DNA from: a virus
Strand: one strand, 5' to 3'
Length of the DNA stretch: 43,578 nt
IMG/VR virus record: IMGVR_UViG_3300045988_008873
The translations under genes and the position numbers were made by a program. This document shows, piece after piece, positions 29,366 through 39,161 of the stretch (its first letter is position 1; every line of letters starts with the position of its first letter). The notes beneath the pieces were generated by a model. The model was not told the DNA's origin. It did not search any database and saw nothing but the letters and a program-made list of their open reading frames with translations.

Positions 29366-29899
29366 TTATGCCGCTTCCGGCGTAAACGTGATTTCTCCGT
29401 TGGAACCGACCGCCGCAGTGCCGGTGATTCTCTCGCCGCCCGGCGTTACCGTAAGCGGCATACCTACGAAGCCGCCGCCTTCGCCGCCAAGACCTGTCGC
29501 CTCGATTGCAGCACCCTTGTATCTCTCCGCGAAAACAGCCGTTTTCTTCGTGCCTGCGTAATGATGCACGATAAGAATGTCCTGATTCGCCAGAGCCGCC
29601 GCGTTCTGTTCCTTAACGGCGAGGTTCCAGACATGCGTAAGCGCAACATCTCCGGCATCGAGTTCGCACGGTTCAAAGTCCTGCGTGATGATGGGCTTCT
29701 TCATAGTGGTTCTGGTCGTGCCGAGGATGTCCTTGTTGGAATCCTTCTGCCAGTCGTATTCCATGCTGGAATCCGTGACGCGCGTCCCAAGCGGCGACCA
29801 CACGGCGGCGGAATCAGTGCCCGTATTCACAAAAAGAATCAAAAGTTCTCTGTCTACAGGCTGCCCCGCAACAGTGTTAAAGGTCATATTTTCTGCCAT
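29366..29899 (-). CDS. Major tail protein (177 aa).
   Basis: Assigned by position and size, with beta-rich composition. Confidence 0.65.
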   Translation of the reverse strand: MAENMTFNTVAGQPVDRELLILFVNTGTDSAAVWSPLGTRVTDSSMEYDWQKDSNKDILGTTRTTMKKPIITQDFEPCELDAGDVALTHVWNLAVKEQNAAALANQDILIVHHYAGTKKTAVFAERYKGAAIEATGLGGEGGGFVGMPLTVTPGGERITGTAAVGSNGEITFTPEAA

Positions 29900-29901
29900 A
29901 G

Positions 29902-30357
29902 TTAAATCACCTCATATGTCATTTTCATCAAAATATGATGATCTTCGGAACCGTCTTCATATGGCGTAAGCATTGTCGCGCGTGCTGATATTTCCATCTT
30001 TCGCACTCGTATCCCATCGCCTAAAGACGGATGATTTTTTGTTGCCCACTCACCGAAGCGATTCAGCATTGCATCGACTCGTAAGCGCTTGTCATTGCTA
30101 TTTCCGGGAATAATCCGTGCCACCATTGCGAATCGATATGCAGCCTCATATCCGCCCAGAATGTATGGCCCCCGTGTGATATACGTCCCCGGAATTACAG
30201 ATAGTTTCATGCCCGCCGAATCAGCGGGTAAGAACTCATAGTTGATCATCGCGGCTGGTATGTCCTCACCAGTAAAAGAGTTAGCCCATACCATCATCTT
30301 CCTTGAAATGTCATCTTCTTCTGCTATTGATACAAGCTTCTTCTTGTCAGAGTTCAT
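29902..30357 (-). CDS. Tail terminator or tail completion protein (151 aa).
   Basis: Synteny. Confidence 0.45.
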   Translation of the reverse strand: MNSDKKKLVSIAEEDDISRKMMVWANSFTGEDIPAAMINYEFLPADSAGMKLSVIPGTYITRGPYILGGYEAAYRFAMVARIIPGNSNDKRLRVDAMLNRFGEWATKNHPSLGDGIRVRKMEISARATMLTPYEDGSEDHHILMKMTYEVI

Positions 30358-30757
30358 TCTTCACCGCCTTATCTGCTATACGAATCCATTTTTCAAGGTT
30401 TTCGGCTTTCGATGCTTCAAACCAGTATGATTGAGCTTGATTGTGTCCAGCCTTATTGAACTCAAGATTCTTATCGGTCAGCACCTTTGTCATCCCTTTC
30501 TTCGCGTATGTGCTGCCCGTCTCCGGGTCAACCATGACTTTCCCGTAATACAGGAATCTTGCATACGGTCCCGGATAGATGATCGCATTACCGTCCACCA
30601 TTGTTCTCTGGTCGAGAGAGCCGGTCAAAAACGGAACATACGGACTTGTGTCCTTCCGTGCCTGAACCGCAACAATATGCTCCGCTTTCGTGCATGCCTG
30701 CGCGAGTTTTTCGTGCAACTCGTCAAAGCCATCGGTTTTCACACTGAATTTCAGCAT
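30347..30757 (-). CDS. HK97 gp10-like head-tail joining protein (136 aa).
   Basis: Synteny, plus an N-terminus MLKFSVKTDGFDEL typical of this family. Confidence 0.5.
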   Translation of the reverse strand: MLKFSVKTDGFDELHEKLAQACTKAEHIVAVQARKDTSPYVPFLTGSLDQRTMVDGNAIIYPGPYARFLYYGKVMVDPETGSTYAKKGMTKVLTDKNLEFNKAGHNQAQSYWFEASKAENLEKWIRIADKAVKNEL

Positions 30758-31221
30758 TACGTGCCTCCGACCTGCCAGTGCTGCATAGACGGACTTCCGA
30801 AGTCCTTCATGTCCACCTTTGTCACTTTGTACACATCGTCGTAAAGCATCTCAATCTGTTCTTCCGTCTTGTCCGGCTCGACTACTTCACCCTTCACAAA
30901 GAAGGTAGTGCCGCCGTTACCGTCCGTGGATAGCGTCCAGATTTTGCTTTTATCAGTTGCACGCCAGAATTCTTGCGGCCCGACGTAGCGCTTCTCCGCG
31001 CCTGTCACGCCGTCTACGGCTGGCGAGGAAAACGGAATGTACAGGTTTACCGCATCTGCGCCTTCAAGCCCGCTCGCGCGGACGTTAGCAGCTTTCGATG
31101 CTTGGAGCATTACGCCGCGAATCACTGTGATGTAGCGCTTCTGCGTGTCATTGAAATCCTGGTCTTGCTCCTGCGTGACGTTGTAGATTGTTACAGTGTG
31201 GGGGGCGTACATGCAAAACAC
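30757..31221 (-). CDS. Head closure protein (154 aa).
   Basis: Synteny. Confidence 0.45.
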   Translation of the reverse strand: MFCMYAPHTVTIYNVTQEQDQDFNDTQKRYITVIRGVMLQASKAANVRASGLEGADAVNLYIPFSSPAVDGVTGAEKRYVGPQEFWRATDKSKIWTLSTDGNGGTTFFVKGEVVEPDKTEEQIEMLYDDVYKVTKVDMKDFGSPSMQHWQVGGT

Positions 31222-31631
31222 CTGCCTCTGTAAAGAAGCCCAGTATGGGCTAGATATTCACGCGCTACGCTTGCAAGGGCTTTCTTTGCTTCCGAAGCCG
31301 CTTTCAATGCAGCGACAGAAGAATCACCGCCGCTGCGAAGCGTCCGGGAATAGCCGCCCACAGTCTCGCTCTGCAATTCTCCTTCGTCAGATGCAAGCCC
31401 GGCGGACACATTCTTTCTGGCAAGCTCTTGTGCCGTGTCGATCAGAATATACTGGTCGACTAAGGCACAGCAGCACATTTTTACAGCATCCAGCTCTGCA
31501 AAATCCTTTGCTCGGTTTTGCGTGTAGTAGTCGAGGAAGGAACTGGCACGTGTCGCCAATCTGCAAAAACTGTCAGCGTCTACGGTTCCCATGTAAGTAT
31601 CGCAGTAGTATTCATAATCAGCGTAGATCAT
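31191..31631 (-). CDS. gp6-like head-tail connector (146 aa).
   Basis: The sequence YADYEYYCDTYMG...SFLDYYTQNR is typical of this family. Confidence 0.55.
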   Translation of the reverse strand: MIYADYEYYCDTYMGTVDADSFCRLATRASSFLDYYTQNRAKDFAELDAVKMCCCALVDQYILIDTAQELARKNVSAGLASDEGELQSETVGGYSRTLRSGGDSSVAALKAASEAKKALASVAREYLAHTGLLYRGRCFACTPPTL

Positions 31632-31738
31632 CACCCCACCCCTTCCAGAACAGCCAGAATTTCAGCCTTTTTCATGGAACTGTTGACCCCTTCCACCCCG
31701 TTTTCCTCGGCATAATCGAGAAGCTGCGCTTTCGTCAT
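31631..31738 (-). CDS. Small SAP/HeH (Rho-N-like) motif protein (35 aa), below the ORF-track cutoff.
   Basis: Hand translation gives MTKAQLLDYAEENGVEGVNSSMKKAEILAVLEGVG. The stop overlaps the next start. Confidence 0.5.
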   Translation of the reverse strand: MTKAQLLDYAEENGVEGVNSSMKKAEILAVLEGVG

Positions 31739-31785
31739 GCCGGAAAACGTGGGCGGTTCAGAGGCAGGCGCTCTCAACAGTTCGT

Positions 31786-32652
31786 TTAACCCCCCGCCGA
31801 GATCGTGCCGACTACGATGCCATCCATGCGCTCTGCAAACAGCACCATACCATTGATAACGGTATCGGAAGCTGTCATGTTGGTATAGTCCGGCTCCTCA
31901 TGGATGCCGATATAGCCGGTTGCGTCGGTGGTGAAGTCAAACACTTCGCCAAGATCTGCGCCGTTCACGGGGATGTAATACAGAACAATGTTGTCCTTCG
32001 CCGTTGCGTAGATCTTGCCCTTCGGAACACTGGAATTGAAGATCACAGTGCCAAGACCGAGGAAGTTCTCCACGTAAGTCATGCCGAAAGCGGTCTGCAA
32101 GGTGATGTTCGCTGTTGCGAGGTAGTCAGCCACATCGAGGGGGTTCATGAAATAAACCGCGCCGATCTCGTCGTCCTCGAACAGAACCTGCAACTGCCCC
32201 CACGCCTGCGCAAGGGTAGCCTGGAAGGTCGCGCCCGTTGCCGTTCCTGTGCCGGTGGCGAGGAACGCAAAAAAGTCCTTCCGGATACCCTTCTGCACGT
32301 CCTTGAGCATCTCGTCTGTGGTCATTTCTACCGCCTGATCGTAGCCACGGTCGGTGATAGCCTCCGCAGACGTTGCCTTTCTCCACTTCTTGAGCGTGAT
32401 CTCCTGATAGTTCACGGGCTCCGTTTTGTACTTGCTCAGGGGAATGGTTTCACCTTCCGCCACAGCACCATCTTCCAGCGTGCCGGTAGCCTTGTAGCTC
32501 TTGAGCACGGTGCCAGCCTGCTTTGCGATTTTGCGGGTAACGCCAAGAGCCTCCATCAGCTTCTTGATGGAATAGCCGAACATTTCGGTAAATTCGATCT
32601 CGCGAACTCGCGCAAGATCAGCTTTTTTAATCAGCTTAGGATCAACAGCCAT
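31786..32652 (-). CDS. Major capsid protein (288 aa).
   Basis: Assigned by position after the scaffold gene, by size and by composition. Confidence 0.75.
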   Translation of the reverse strand: MAVDPKLIKKADLARVREIEFTEMFGYSIKKLMEALGVTRKIAKQAGTVLKSYKATGTLEDGAVAEGETIPLSKYKTEPVNYQEITLKKWRKATSAEAITDRGYDQAVEMTTDEMLKDVQKGIRKDFFAFLATGTGTATGATFQATLAQAWGQLQVLFEDDEIGAVYFMNPLDVADYLATANITLQTAFGMTYVENFLGLGTVIFNSSVPKGKIYATAKDNIVLYYIPVNGADLGEVFDFTTDATGYIGIHEEPDYTNMTASDTVINGMVLFAERMDGIVVGTISAGG

Positions 32653-32654
32653 AG

Positions 32655-33248
32655 TTAATCTTCCTTTCTAAACAAATCCATATTTGCGGCGATTGCAGCG
32701 CGCCGCTCCGCTCTGTCAGTGATTTTCATAATCTCGTCTTTTGTCATCGGCTTACCGCCGTCGTTGAGACGTGCGCCCATGTCCACACGGACAGAAGGCT
32801 TGGATACAAGTCCTTTATAAGTTCCTTCGATAAGTGCATCGAGACTCTTTGTGTCCTTGATTTTCTCACCGTCCATCTCCAATGCGGTCATTTCCTCGCC
32901 GCAGCCGCGCATGGCAAGATCGAGATTTGCGCCTGTGATATTTTTGCTTTCAAAGTAAGCCCGAACAGCCTTTTCCTTTGCCGCCTTGCTTTCCTTTGCT
33001 GTAATGCCGGATTTATAAGCCTCGAAGTCCGAGTGTTCTTTTTCGTACTTCTCCTTATATCCGCCATCGCCCGCCGCCTTGAGGTCGTCCAACTGCTTTT
33101 GAACGTCGGGCAGTTTCTCCGCGTCAGACTTGTACTTGCTGACATCAGCCTTCAAGCCGTCTACGGTATCGGTATGTGCTTCAATGATGGTGTCCACCTG
33201 TTCGTCGGTGAGTCCCATGCCTTTCAGTAATTTTCTGGTCAATGCCAT
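32655..33248 (-). CDS. Scaffolding protein (197 aa).
   Basis: Charged helical K/E/D-rich protein immediately upstream of the capsid gene. Confidence 0.7.
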   Translation of the reverse strand: MALTRKLLKGMGLTDEQVDTIIEAHTDTVDGLKADVSKYKSDAEKLPDVQKQLDDLKAAGDGGYKEKYEKEHSDFEAYKSGITAKESKAAKEKAVRAYFESKNITGANLDLAMRGCGEEMTALEMDGEKIKDTKSLDALIEGTYKGLVSKPSVRVDMGARLNDGGKPMTKDEIMKITDRAERRAAIAANMDLFRKED

Positions 33249-33298
33249 TTCTATCTTCCTTTCCTTTGTCCGCAGTTCGTCGCGGCGATAGATTGTAT

Positions 33299-33323
33299 AA
33301 AACCGCAGTGCTTCGCGGGTTTT
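33299..33323 (-). terminator. Weak hairpin followed by a T-run after the head-morphogenesis gene.
   Basis: On the minus strand: aaaacccgcgaagcactgcggtttt. The GC stem is short and has a bulge. Confidence 0.3.
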
Positions 33324-33332
33324 ACCTGTAAA

Positions 33333-34523
33333 TTATTTGTAGAAAACTTTTGTTCTTTCTGGTTGCTCCGGCAATCCTGCCGCCTTGCTGAACCTGCTAT
33401 ATTCTGCGTTCAGCCGCCGAAGCTTTATGTTCGCGGCGGTCGCGTCCTCGGAAAGCCCAGCTTCTTTGTATGCGTTTCTAAGCTTTTTCTGCGCGCGGAT
33501 TTGACGCTCTATGCGGCGCTGCATCTGTGTCGCTTCATAGGCTGTGTAAGTCTTTCCGTCAAACGTGCAGCCAAGACCATCGTCGATATGCTTGAGCTGT
33601 TCGTCGGTGTAATCCCTCTCGGAAACGCCCGGAATGTACGGATATTTGTGATGGCGGCAGTTCGCGCCGGTCAGGCCATCAACATATCCATAGCCGGTAG
33701 TCTCCACAAGGTCATCGTAAAGCCCCAGCGGGTCAGGTTCGCCGCTTTCACTCTGGTAATATACTTTCCCTTGCCACTCTTTGTGGCTCGACCACGGCGA
33801 AGCGCCCGGCTTATCACGCGCCCCTGAGTGCGCAGAAACTTCAAAGTATCGCGTCTCTAGGTATTCTGCGCTTTGGTTCGTGTACTGGTCGCAGATTTGA
33901 TTCACGCCGGTCATGACAGCTCTCCGAACAGCAACGTCGATGTTGTCAACGTGTCCGCTTTCGTAGCTCACGAATTTCAGTCCACCTGCAAGCTGTTGCA
34001 CCGCAGACTTAATCGCCTGATTGTAGCTGATCGCCCCGCTCTGAATCTGCATAACAGCAGAATCCAACGCCCACTGATACGCACGCGCAGGCGGCAGCAT
34101 TGTGCGCCCAGCGTCCACTAAAAAGCCCATTGAGCGCGTTATGTTGCGCAGCGTTTGCTTCGTCTGCTCGTATATTGCCCAAGTATCTTCTACGCTTACC
34201 AGCGTTTCCGGCTGTGTGATATGCGCAAGGTCTATCAGGTCGGTGTAATACTTCTGGTTGCGTTCCACAACATCATCAAGCAGATCATTTAACTTTGTTT
34301 CGCTGATGCCGGTTGTCTTGCGGATTGCTTTCTCGATGTCCTTTAGGTCGGTGCCATGCGACCGCAGCGCCCGGATTGCCTGAACAGTCACTTCGTTCAG
34401 CTGATCTTTCAGCGCAAGTCGGCTGCAAATCTCATCGAGGAGCGTATCTTCCAGCCCCCGGAATAGTTCGGCAAGTTCTTCTGGGAGCGCGTCAAGGACT
34501 TCCGGATGAAACGGATATTTCAT
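33333..34523 (-). CDS. SPP1 gp7-like minor head (head morphogenesis) protein.
   Basis: GARDKPGASPWSSHKEWQGKVYY...GANCRHHKYPYIPGVSE is typical of the gp7 / Mu F family. Confidence 0.7.
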   Translation of the reverse strand: MKYPFHPEVLDALPEELAELFRGLEDTLLDEICSRLALKDQLNEVTVQAIRALRSHGTDLKDIEKAIRKTTGISETKLNDLLDDVVERNQKYYTDLIDLAHITQPETLVSVEDTWAIYEQTKQTLRNITRSMGFLVDAGRTMLPPARAYQWALDSAVMQIQSGAISYNQAIKSAVQQLAGGLKFVSYESGHVDNIDVAVRRAVMTGVNQICDQYTNQSAEYLETRYFEVSAHSGARDKPGASPWSSHKEWQGKVYYQSESGEPDPLGLYDDLVETTGYGYVDGLTGANCRHHKYPYIPGVSERDYTDEQLKHIDDGLGCTFDGKTYTAYEATQMQRRIERQIRAQKKLRNAYKEAGLSEDATAANIKLRRLNAEYSRFSKAAGLPEQPERTKVFYK

Positions 34524-35139
34524 TTGCTTGCCTCCGTTTCACAATATCATCATAATGCGGTTTTACCCGTATCACGTTCCAGTCGCATTCTTCCGGTACT
34601 CTGCCGTAAAATATCACCCATTCCGGAGATAGCCGCTTCATCATTTCTTCGTAGCCGCGCAGGAACAGGCGTTTGCTATCCTTATTTGCCTGCGTCCCAA
34701 CCGAAGAAACCGCTACTATGCCGCCGACAGGCTCGCCATCGAAGCACCAATCATAGCTCCTCTCATCGCTCCATGAGATCGTCGGGTAAACCGTCATCCC
34801 GTGCAGCTGCCAGTATGCCGCTAACCAGTGCTTGCGGTAATGGTTGTATATCTGCATGGCAAGCGGCATATCCGTATATGTTGAGAAGTCTGGCGCACAT
34901 ATCGCCTCGTACTGCTGCAACTTTGAAATATACCTATCCGGTTGATTCCAGTACCGGGCGAATTGATAATCGTCTATAAAGAAATGCACGACCTTGCCTT
35001 CCGGCTGCTTGGCTGTGTATACGTAATTTGCGGGAATGAATTCCCCTTGTGGATACGCTTTGACCGGGTCAATTTGCGGAACGCCATATTTTCCTACGCC
35101 GAGGAATACGCACTTGTCTAAGTTTTCAAAATTGATCAT
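34492..35139 (-). CDS. DUF4417-like protein (215 aa).
   Basis: VHFFIDDYQFARYWNQPDRY...APDFSTYTDMPLAMQIYNHYR matches my recollection of the DUF4417 pattern. Confidence 0.5.
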   Translation of the reverse strand: MINFENLDKCVFLGVGKYGVPQIDPVKAYPQGEFIPANYVYTAKQPEGKVVHFFIDDYQFARYWNQPDRYISKLQQYEAICAPDFSTYTDMPLAMQIYNHYRKHWLAAYWQLHGMTVYPTISWSDERSYDWCFDGEPVGGIVAVSSVGTQANKDSKRLFLRGYEEMMKRLSPEWVIFYGRVPEECDWNVIRVKPHYDDIVKRRQANEISVSSGSP

Positions 35140-35525
35140 ACTTTAAACCCGTATTTTCTCCTCAACTTGTCAAGCTCGTCTTTATAAATAGCTTTCGCCA
35201 TTGAACTCAGTCCGTCTCTCCTGTCAATAATGTCTCTTGCCTTCATCCCGTTTGGAAACATTTTTGACAAGTTCGCGATTTCATCCGCGTAGCGTTTTTT
35301 TGCTGCGTTGTACGCATCTGCCCACATCCTTATCTCATCAGTTTTTGGACGTCCAATGCTCTGACTTCGACGCAATTTTTCATTCATTTCAAATGTTGTG
35401 TATGGGTCTGTCAATATGTCTTTCGCCCAGTTTATTTGTTTTTCGCTTCCTAAGATTTGTGGGAGCTTAATGCCGACCCTCTCGCCTCCAGAGCCTCCAC
35501 CAGCTCCACCTCTGCCGCCCATCAC
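35136..35525 (-). CDS. Hypothetical protein with a Gly-rich N-terminus (129 aa).
   Basis: ORF beginning MMGGRGGAGGGSGGERVG. Confidence 0.5.
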   Translation of the reverse strand: MMGGRGGAGGGSGGERVGIKLPQILGSEKQINWAKDILTDPYTTFEMNEKLRRSQSIGRPKTDEIRMWADAYNAAKKRYADEIANLSKMFPNGMKARDIIDRRDGLSSMAKAIYKDELDKLRRKYGFKV

Positions 35526-36925
35526 TCCACCTCCTGCTGCTGTTCAGTTACCATGTCCTGTGCCTTTGGGAGTGCAGCCTTTGCGGTTGCCTCGTCCTCG
35601 TTCATCCAGCGCATACGGAACTCCCAGTCATTCATAATGCCTGCGCTGAGAAGCTGCATGTCGCGCTGGAAATCCGTCTGCTTGTCCTCAATGATGGAAT
35701 CGTCAAAGTCAACGGAAATCTGTACTTCCTCATTCAGGCCAGCTTCCATGTACCTGTTCCCCATGCGGAGCAGCGTCCTGCAAAGCTCTGTGATTGCCTG
35801 TTCAAGCAAAATCTCATGCTTCTTGATCGTTCGGAACATGGTGCTGTTCTCGCTGATAACCTGCGTCGCTGTAGCAATACTTCCCTGATCGAATTTGTAA
35901 TGATTCTCACCGAAGCCGCACTTGCTGGACAGGATATTCAACATATCCTGCATACCGGTGTTGAACTCCTCGGTGCGGAGAGTCATATCAACGGACTGCA
36001 AAATATTCCCGTTGTTTGCCCTGTCTTCCGGTAAAACGTAATAAACGGTCTCACGCTTATCAAAGACCGGTCTGCCGTTCACGTCTCGCGTTGCTTCCGG
36101 CTGAACCACAATGCGCTTTTTGCCCAGCACAAATTCATTTACATAGCTGTCATAGGTAATATCGACGCTCTTGAGCTGGTCGATGGCATATGCAAACACA
36201 GCCACACCAAGCGGGTTATTTTCATCGGAGTTCGCGATATTCAGCCTGTCAATGACAAACTGAGGCTTGTCGCTCCCTGTGTGTACAACAGGCGGGATTG
36301 TTTCAAAGCCCTTTACACTGGTCAGAGGGACTTCTTCGGAATCATACAAATGGTTCTCGATGTCGTACTCGCCGCCGTTCAGCCTGTGAACTTGAATGTA
36401 TGTGTACTCTGTATCGTCCACCTTTTTTGTAGAGGCGAACGCACACTCCCTGATGATTCCATTGTCCCATGTCAGGGGATAAATGTTCGTCGCGCTGACG
36501 TAGTTGATACGAATGCGCCCAGAATCAGCAATTTCGGAAGTGTCCGGATTGATGAACATTCCCTCAATGACCGGAACATACGCTATCGTTCCAAGCGCTG
36601 CCTTTCGCTCCTGCGATTCGTTCGCCTTGATCTCCCAGTTATTTTCAGAGAGAATCGTGTCTACGAACTCCTGCTCCTTCTTCCCCTCGAGCGTGATGCT
36701 TACCTTCTCGTTCATCAGAAGGTTTGCCCAGTCCTCGCAGACCTTTTTCGCCATGCTCACGGAATATCTGTGGCACTCCAATTCTTCAATGCCGTTCCAT
36801 ACCGTGTAACTGTGGAAGTCCTCGACGTTTCCTTTGTACCAGTCTCCCCAAACGCCGATCAGCTTGTAGAAATCAAGATCAACGGTATCAAATCCCAGCT
36901 CCTTTAATGCTCTGCGTATGTTCAC
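35522..36925 (-). CDS. Portal protein (SPP1 gp6-like).
   Basis: It is 467 aa, lies immediately after terL, and has a family-typical N-terminus. Confidence 0.8.
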   Translation of the reverse strand: MNIRRALKELGFDTVDLDFYKLIGVWGDWYKGNVEDFHSYTVWNGIEELECHRYSVSMAKKVCEDWANLLMNEKVSITLEGKKEQEFVDTILSENNWEIKANESQERKAALGTIAYVPVIEGMFINPDTSEIADSGRIRINYVSATNIYPLTWDNGIIRECAFASTKKVDDTEYTYIQVHRLNGGEYDIENHLYDSEEVPLTSVKGFETIPPVVHTGSDKPQFVIDRLNIANSDENNPLGVAVFAYAIDQLKSVDITYDSYVNEFVLGKKRIVVQPEATRDVNGRPVFDKRETVYYVLPEDRANNGNILQSVDMTLRTEEFNTGMQDMLNILSSKCGFGENHYKFDQGSIATATQVISENSTMFRTIKKHEILLEQAITELCRTLLRMGNRYMEAGLNEEVQISVDFDDSIIEDKQTDFQRDMQLLSAGIMNDWEFRMRWMNEDEATAKAALPKAQDMVTEQQQEVE

Positions 36926-36929
36926 TCTT

Positions 36930-38210
36930 TCACCGTCCCATCGTATGCCCGGCGCGTTCCAGGTCTTTGTAATAAGGCTCTATGCTGTACTCAAACGCAT
37001 CGAGGCTGTCAATATCGGATGTCCCATCGTCAAGGCGCTCGTCCTCGAACTTATCCGGGTCATAAATTGCTGATTGAAACGCATCGATCAAATGTGGGCA
37101 GTTCCGCGAAACCTTGAGCCTACCTTGCTTCATCAGGAGCACGACAAGCCGTATTCTGTCTGTGATCTGCATTTTCAGCGCGTTCTTGACTTGTGTCCCA
37201 AGATTCTGCTTCTGTGCCGTATGATCTAGCCCACGAATCAAAACCGTTTCCGCGCTGTCTGCTCGCGTCTGGCTGTATCCGTATTTCGATGTTATCAGCT
37301 TGCAAAACGTAGCAAACCGCCTGTTCAGCGCGTCAGGGTCGATCTCTTCGTTCTTGATGTATTCTTCTTCCAATGCCACAACTAGATAGTCCTTCGTGAT
37401 TCCAGTCGCTTGAAACTTCGTTGCAGACTTCGTGCCGCCGAAGTCAACGCCAATGGAAATAACGGAGAACCTTGTATTTTTTCCCCTTGCCCATTTGAGA
37501 GGGTCATCAATCAGATACTTTTCTGTGTCGTTGGCAAAGTCCTTGTAAACAATTCCCTCCGCAGCTACCCACAGCCCACGCACATAGCGGTCGTAGAATA
37601 TCCCGGCGTACATGTTTTCATAGCGCTCAAGCGTCCTTTCGCTCAAGCCTGGGTTATCTCGCATTTCGAAATGTAGGTAAAGCGTGTTCCGTTCTCTGTG
37701 CCGCTTTATCCATTCCTGATAAAACCAGTGGTGAGGGCTTCCGGGGTTACAAGAGAACCACAGCTTCGCACCGTCCACAGAGCATCGTGCAAGCGCCTGC
37801 TCCACAAAAGAGCGTGGCATAAGCACCACTTCGTCCAGAAGCACGCCAGCTAACGTTCTGCCTTGAATCAGCGTATAGCTTGCCTCGTCCTTGCCGCCGA
37901 ACACCTCAAAGTAATTCGTCACAGCGCCGCGCCGCACTTCCATGACCTTATCGCCACGCCGCCAGCGGATGATATAGTTCTCTTTCGCAAGGCTCATCGC
38001 CGTAAACGGTACAATGATGTTCTTTGTGCAGCTATCCACCGTTCGTCCGCACACGCCGAAGCGCTGACCGTTGAAATTCTCCATCGCCCAGCGGACAAAC
38101 GCCCACATCATGATAGAAGTCTTGCCAGAACGCACAGCGCCGTCGCAAATCAGCGCATCATACTTGGAATAGGGGAAGGCAAGGATTTTTTGCTGTTTTG
38201 GGCTAATCAT
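36930..38210 (-). CDS. terL: Terminase large subunit.
   Basis: Walker A motif DGAVRSGKTS, Walker B motif GVLLDEV, and a C-terminal nuclease-region acidic motif. Confidence 0.9.
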   Translation of the reverse strand: MISPKQQKILAFPYSKYDALICDGAVRSGKTSIMMWAFVRWAMENFNGQRFGVCGRTVDSCTKNIIVPFTAMSLAKENYIIRWRRGDKVMEVRRGAVTNYFEVFGGKDEASYTLIQGRTLAGVLLDEVVLMPRSFVEQALARCSVDGAKLWFSCNPGSPHHWFYQEWIKRHRERNTLYLHFEMRDNPGLSERTLERYENMYAGIFYDRYVRGLWVAAEGIVYKDFANDTEKYLIDDPLKWARGKNTRFSVISIGVDFGGTKSATKFQATGITKDYLVVALEEEYIKNEEIDPDALNRRFATFCKLITSKYGYSQTRADSAETVLIRGLDHTAQKQNLGTQVKNALKMQITDRIRLVVLLMKQGRLKVSRNCPHLIDAFQSAIYDPDKFEDERLDDGTSDIDSLDAFEYSIEPYYKDLERAGHTMGR

Positions 38211-38625
38211 CGCTCTCCAACCCTTCTGCCATTTCGCGCAGGCTTACGCTCAGAGCGTCTTCCTTAATCGTATCTGTTGGATTTCCTCCAATCATCGCCC
38301 ATTTGTCAATCAGCGTCCCCATTGCCGTTGTAATCTGGCTCAGGTTCGCAGCGGCGAGTTTATCAGGGTCATTCAGCATCTCAAGCCCTTTCCCGATGAA
38401 AGAACATACAAGCTCTTTTCTGGAATCCATGTACGCTAGAATGTCCGCCGTGTTTTCCTCTTTTTTTCGTCTGCACATCTCTGCAATATCTGCATTATTG
38501 TGCACAATCTTCTTTACAGTGTTCGGGGAGCAGCCGTTAAGCTTCGCCACAGCGTTACAGCTTCCGAGCTGGGCATAGTCGGCAACTATTTTCTTTTTTT
38601 GCCGATCTGTCAACCTCGCAGCCAT
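38203..38625 (-). CDS. terS: Terminase small subunit (140 aa from MAARLTD).
   Basis: HTH QLGSCNAVAKLNGCSPNTVKKIV. GAGGTGGTG precedes the ATG at 38625, and the gene overlaps the terL start. Confidence 0.7.
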   Translation of the reverse strand: MAARLTDRQKKKIVADYAQLGSCNAVAKLNGCSPNTVKKIVHNNADIAEMCRRKKEENTADILAYMDSRKELVCSFIGKGLEMLNDPDKLAAANLSQITTAMGTLIDKWAMIGGNPTDTIKEDALSVSLREMAEGLESDD

Positions 38626-38780
38626 AATCACCACCTCGAAATAGTTATCCTTTTCACGCTCCACCGGATTGCGGTTTCCGGTGGAGCTAAGAAAAAGGAG
38701 GTTCCGCAGTACGCTGCGTAGCCGTAAGAAGGATGAAAGCGCAGAGGATACACCTCTACGCTCTCAACGATACACTATGT

Positions 38781-39161
38781 TTAAGGCTCTCTTACGCAAA
38801 CTTTTGAATATAAACCACGTTTTTCTGCCACCAAGTAGATAAACTGCCTATGCCATTCCTGAGCGGTACGCTCCGAGACATATACCACCATAGCAGCGCC
38901 CTGTAAGGTGTGTGTGCGCTTCCACAGGACCAGATCAATAAGCTTCAGCCGTTCCGCACCATCGGAAAGCTGCTTTGTTTCTTCGACAGCAGCATCTACC
39001 GCGTCGATTTCCTCTCGCGTCATAAGCGTACCGCCCTTGTAGCTTCGTACCATCCATTTTGCGTAGCCCCACCACCCATAGCGCGGTTTGCTCACCCTAT
39101 CAGCCCCCTTACTCTGTTCCGTCCAATATTTTCTTGATATCCTCTGCATTGATTTTGACAA
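38781..39161 (-). CDS. RinA/ArpU-like late transcriptional activator (126 aa).
   Basis: It lies just upstream of terS. The sequence LQGAAMVVYVSERTAQEWHRQFIYLVA is a sigma-region-4-like HTH. Confidence 0.5.
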   Translation of the reverse strand: MSKSMQRISRKYWTEQSKGADRVSKPRYGWWGYAKWMVRSYKGGTLMTREEIDAVDAAVEETKQLSDGAERLKLIDLVLWKRTHTLQGAAMVVYVSERTAQEWHRQFIYLVAEKRGLYSKVCVREP

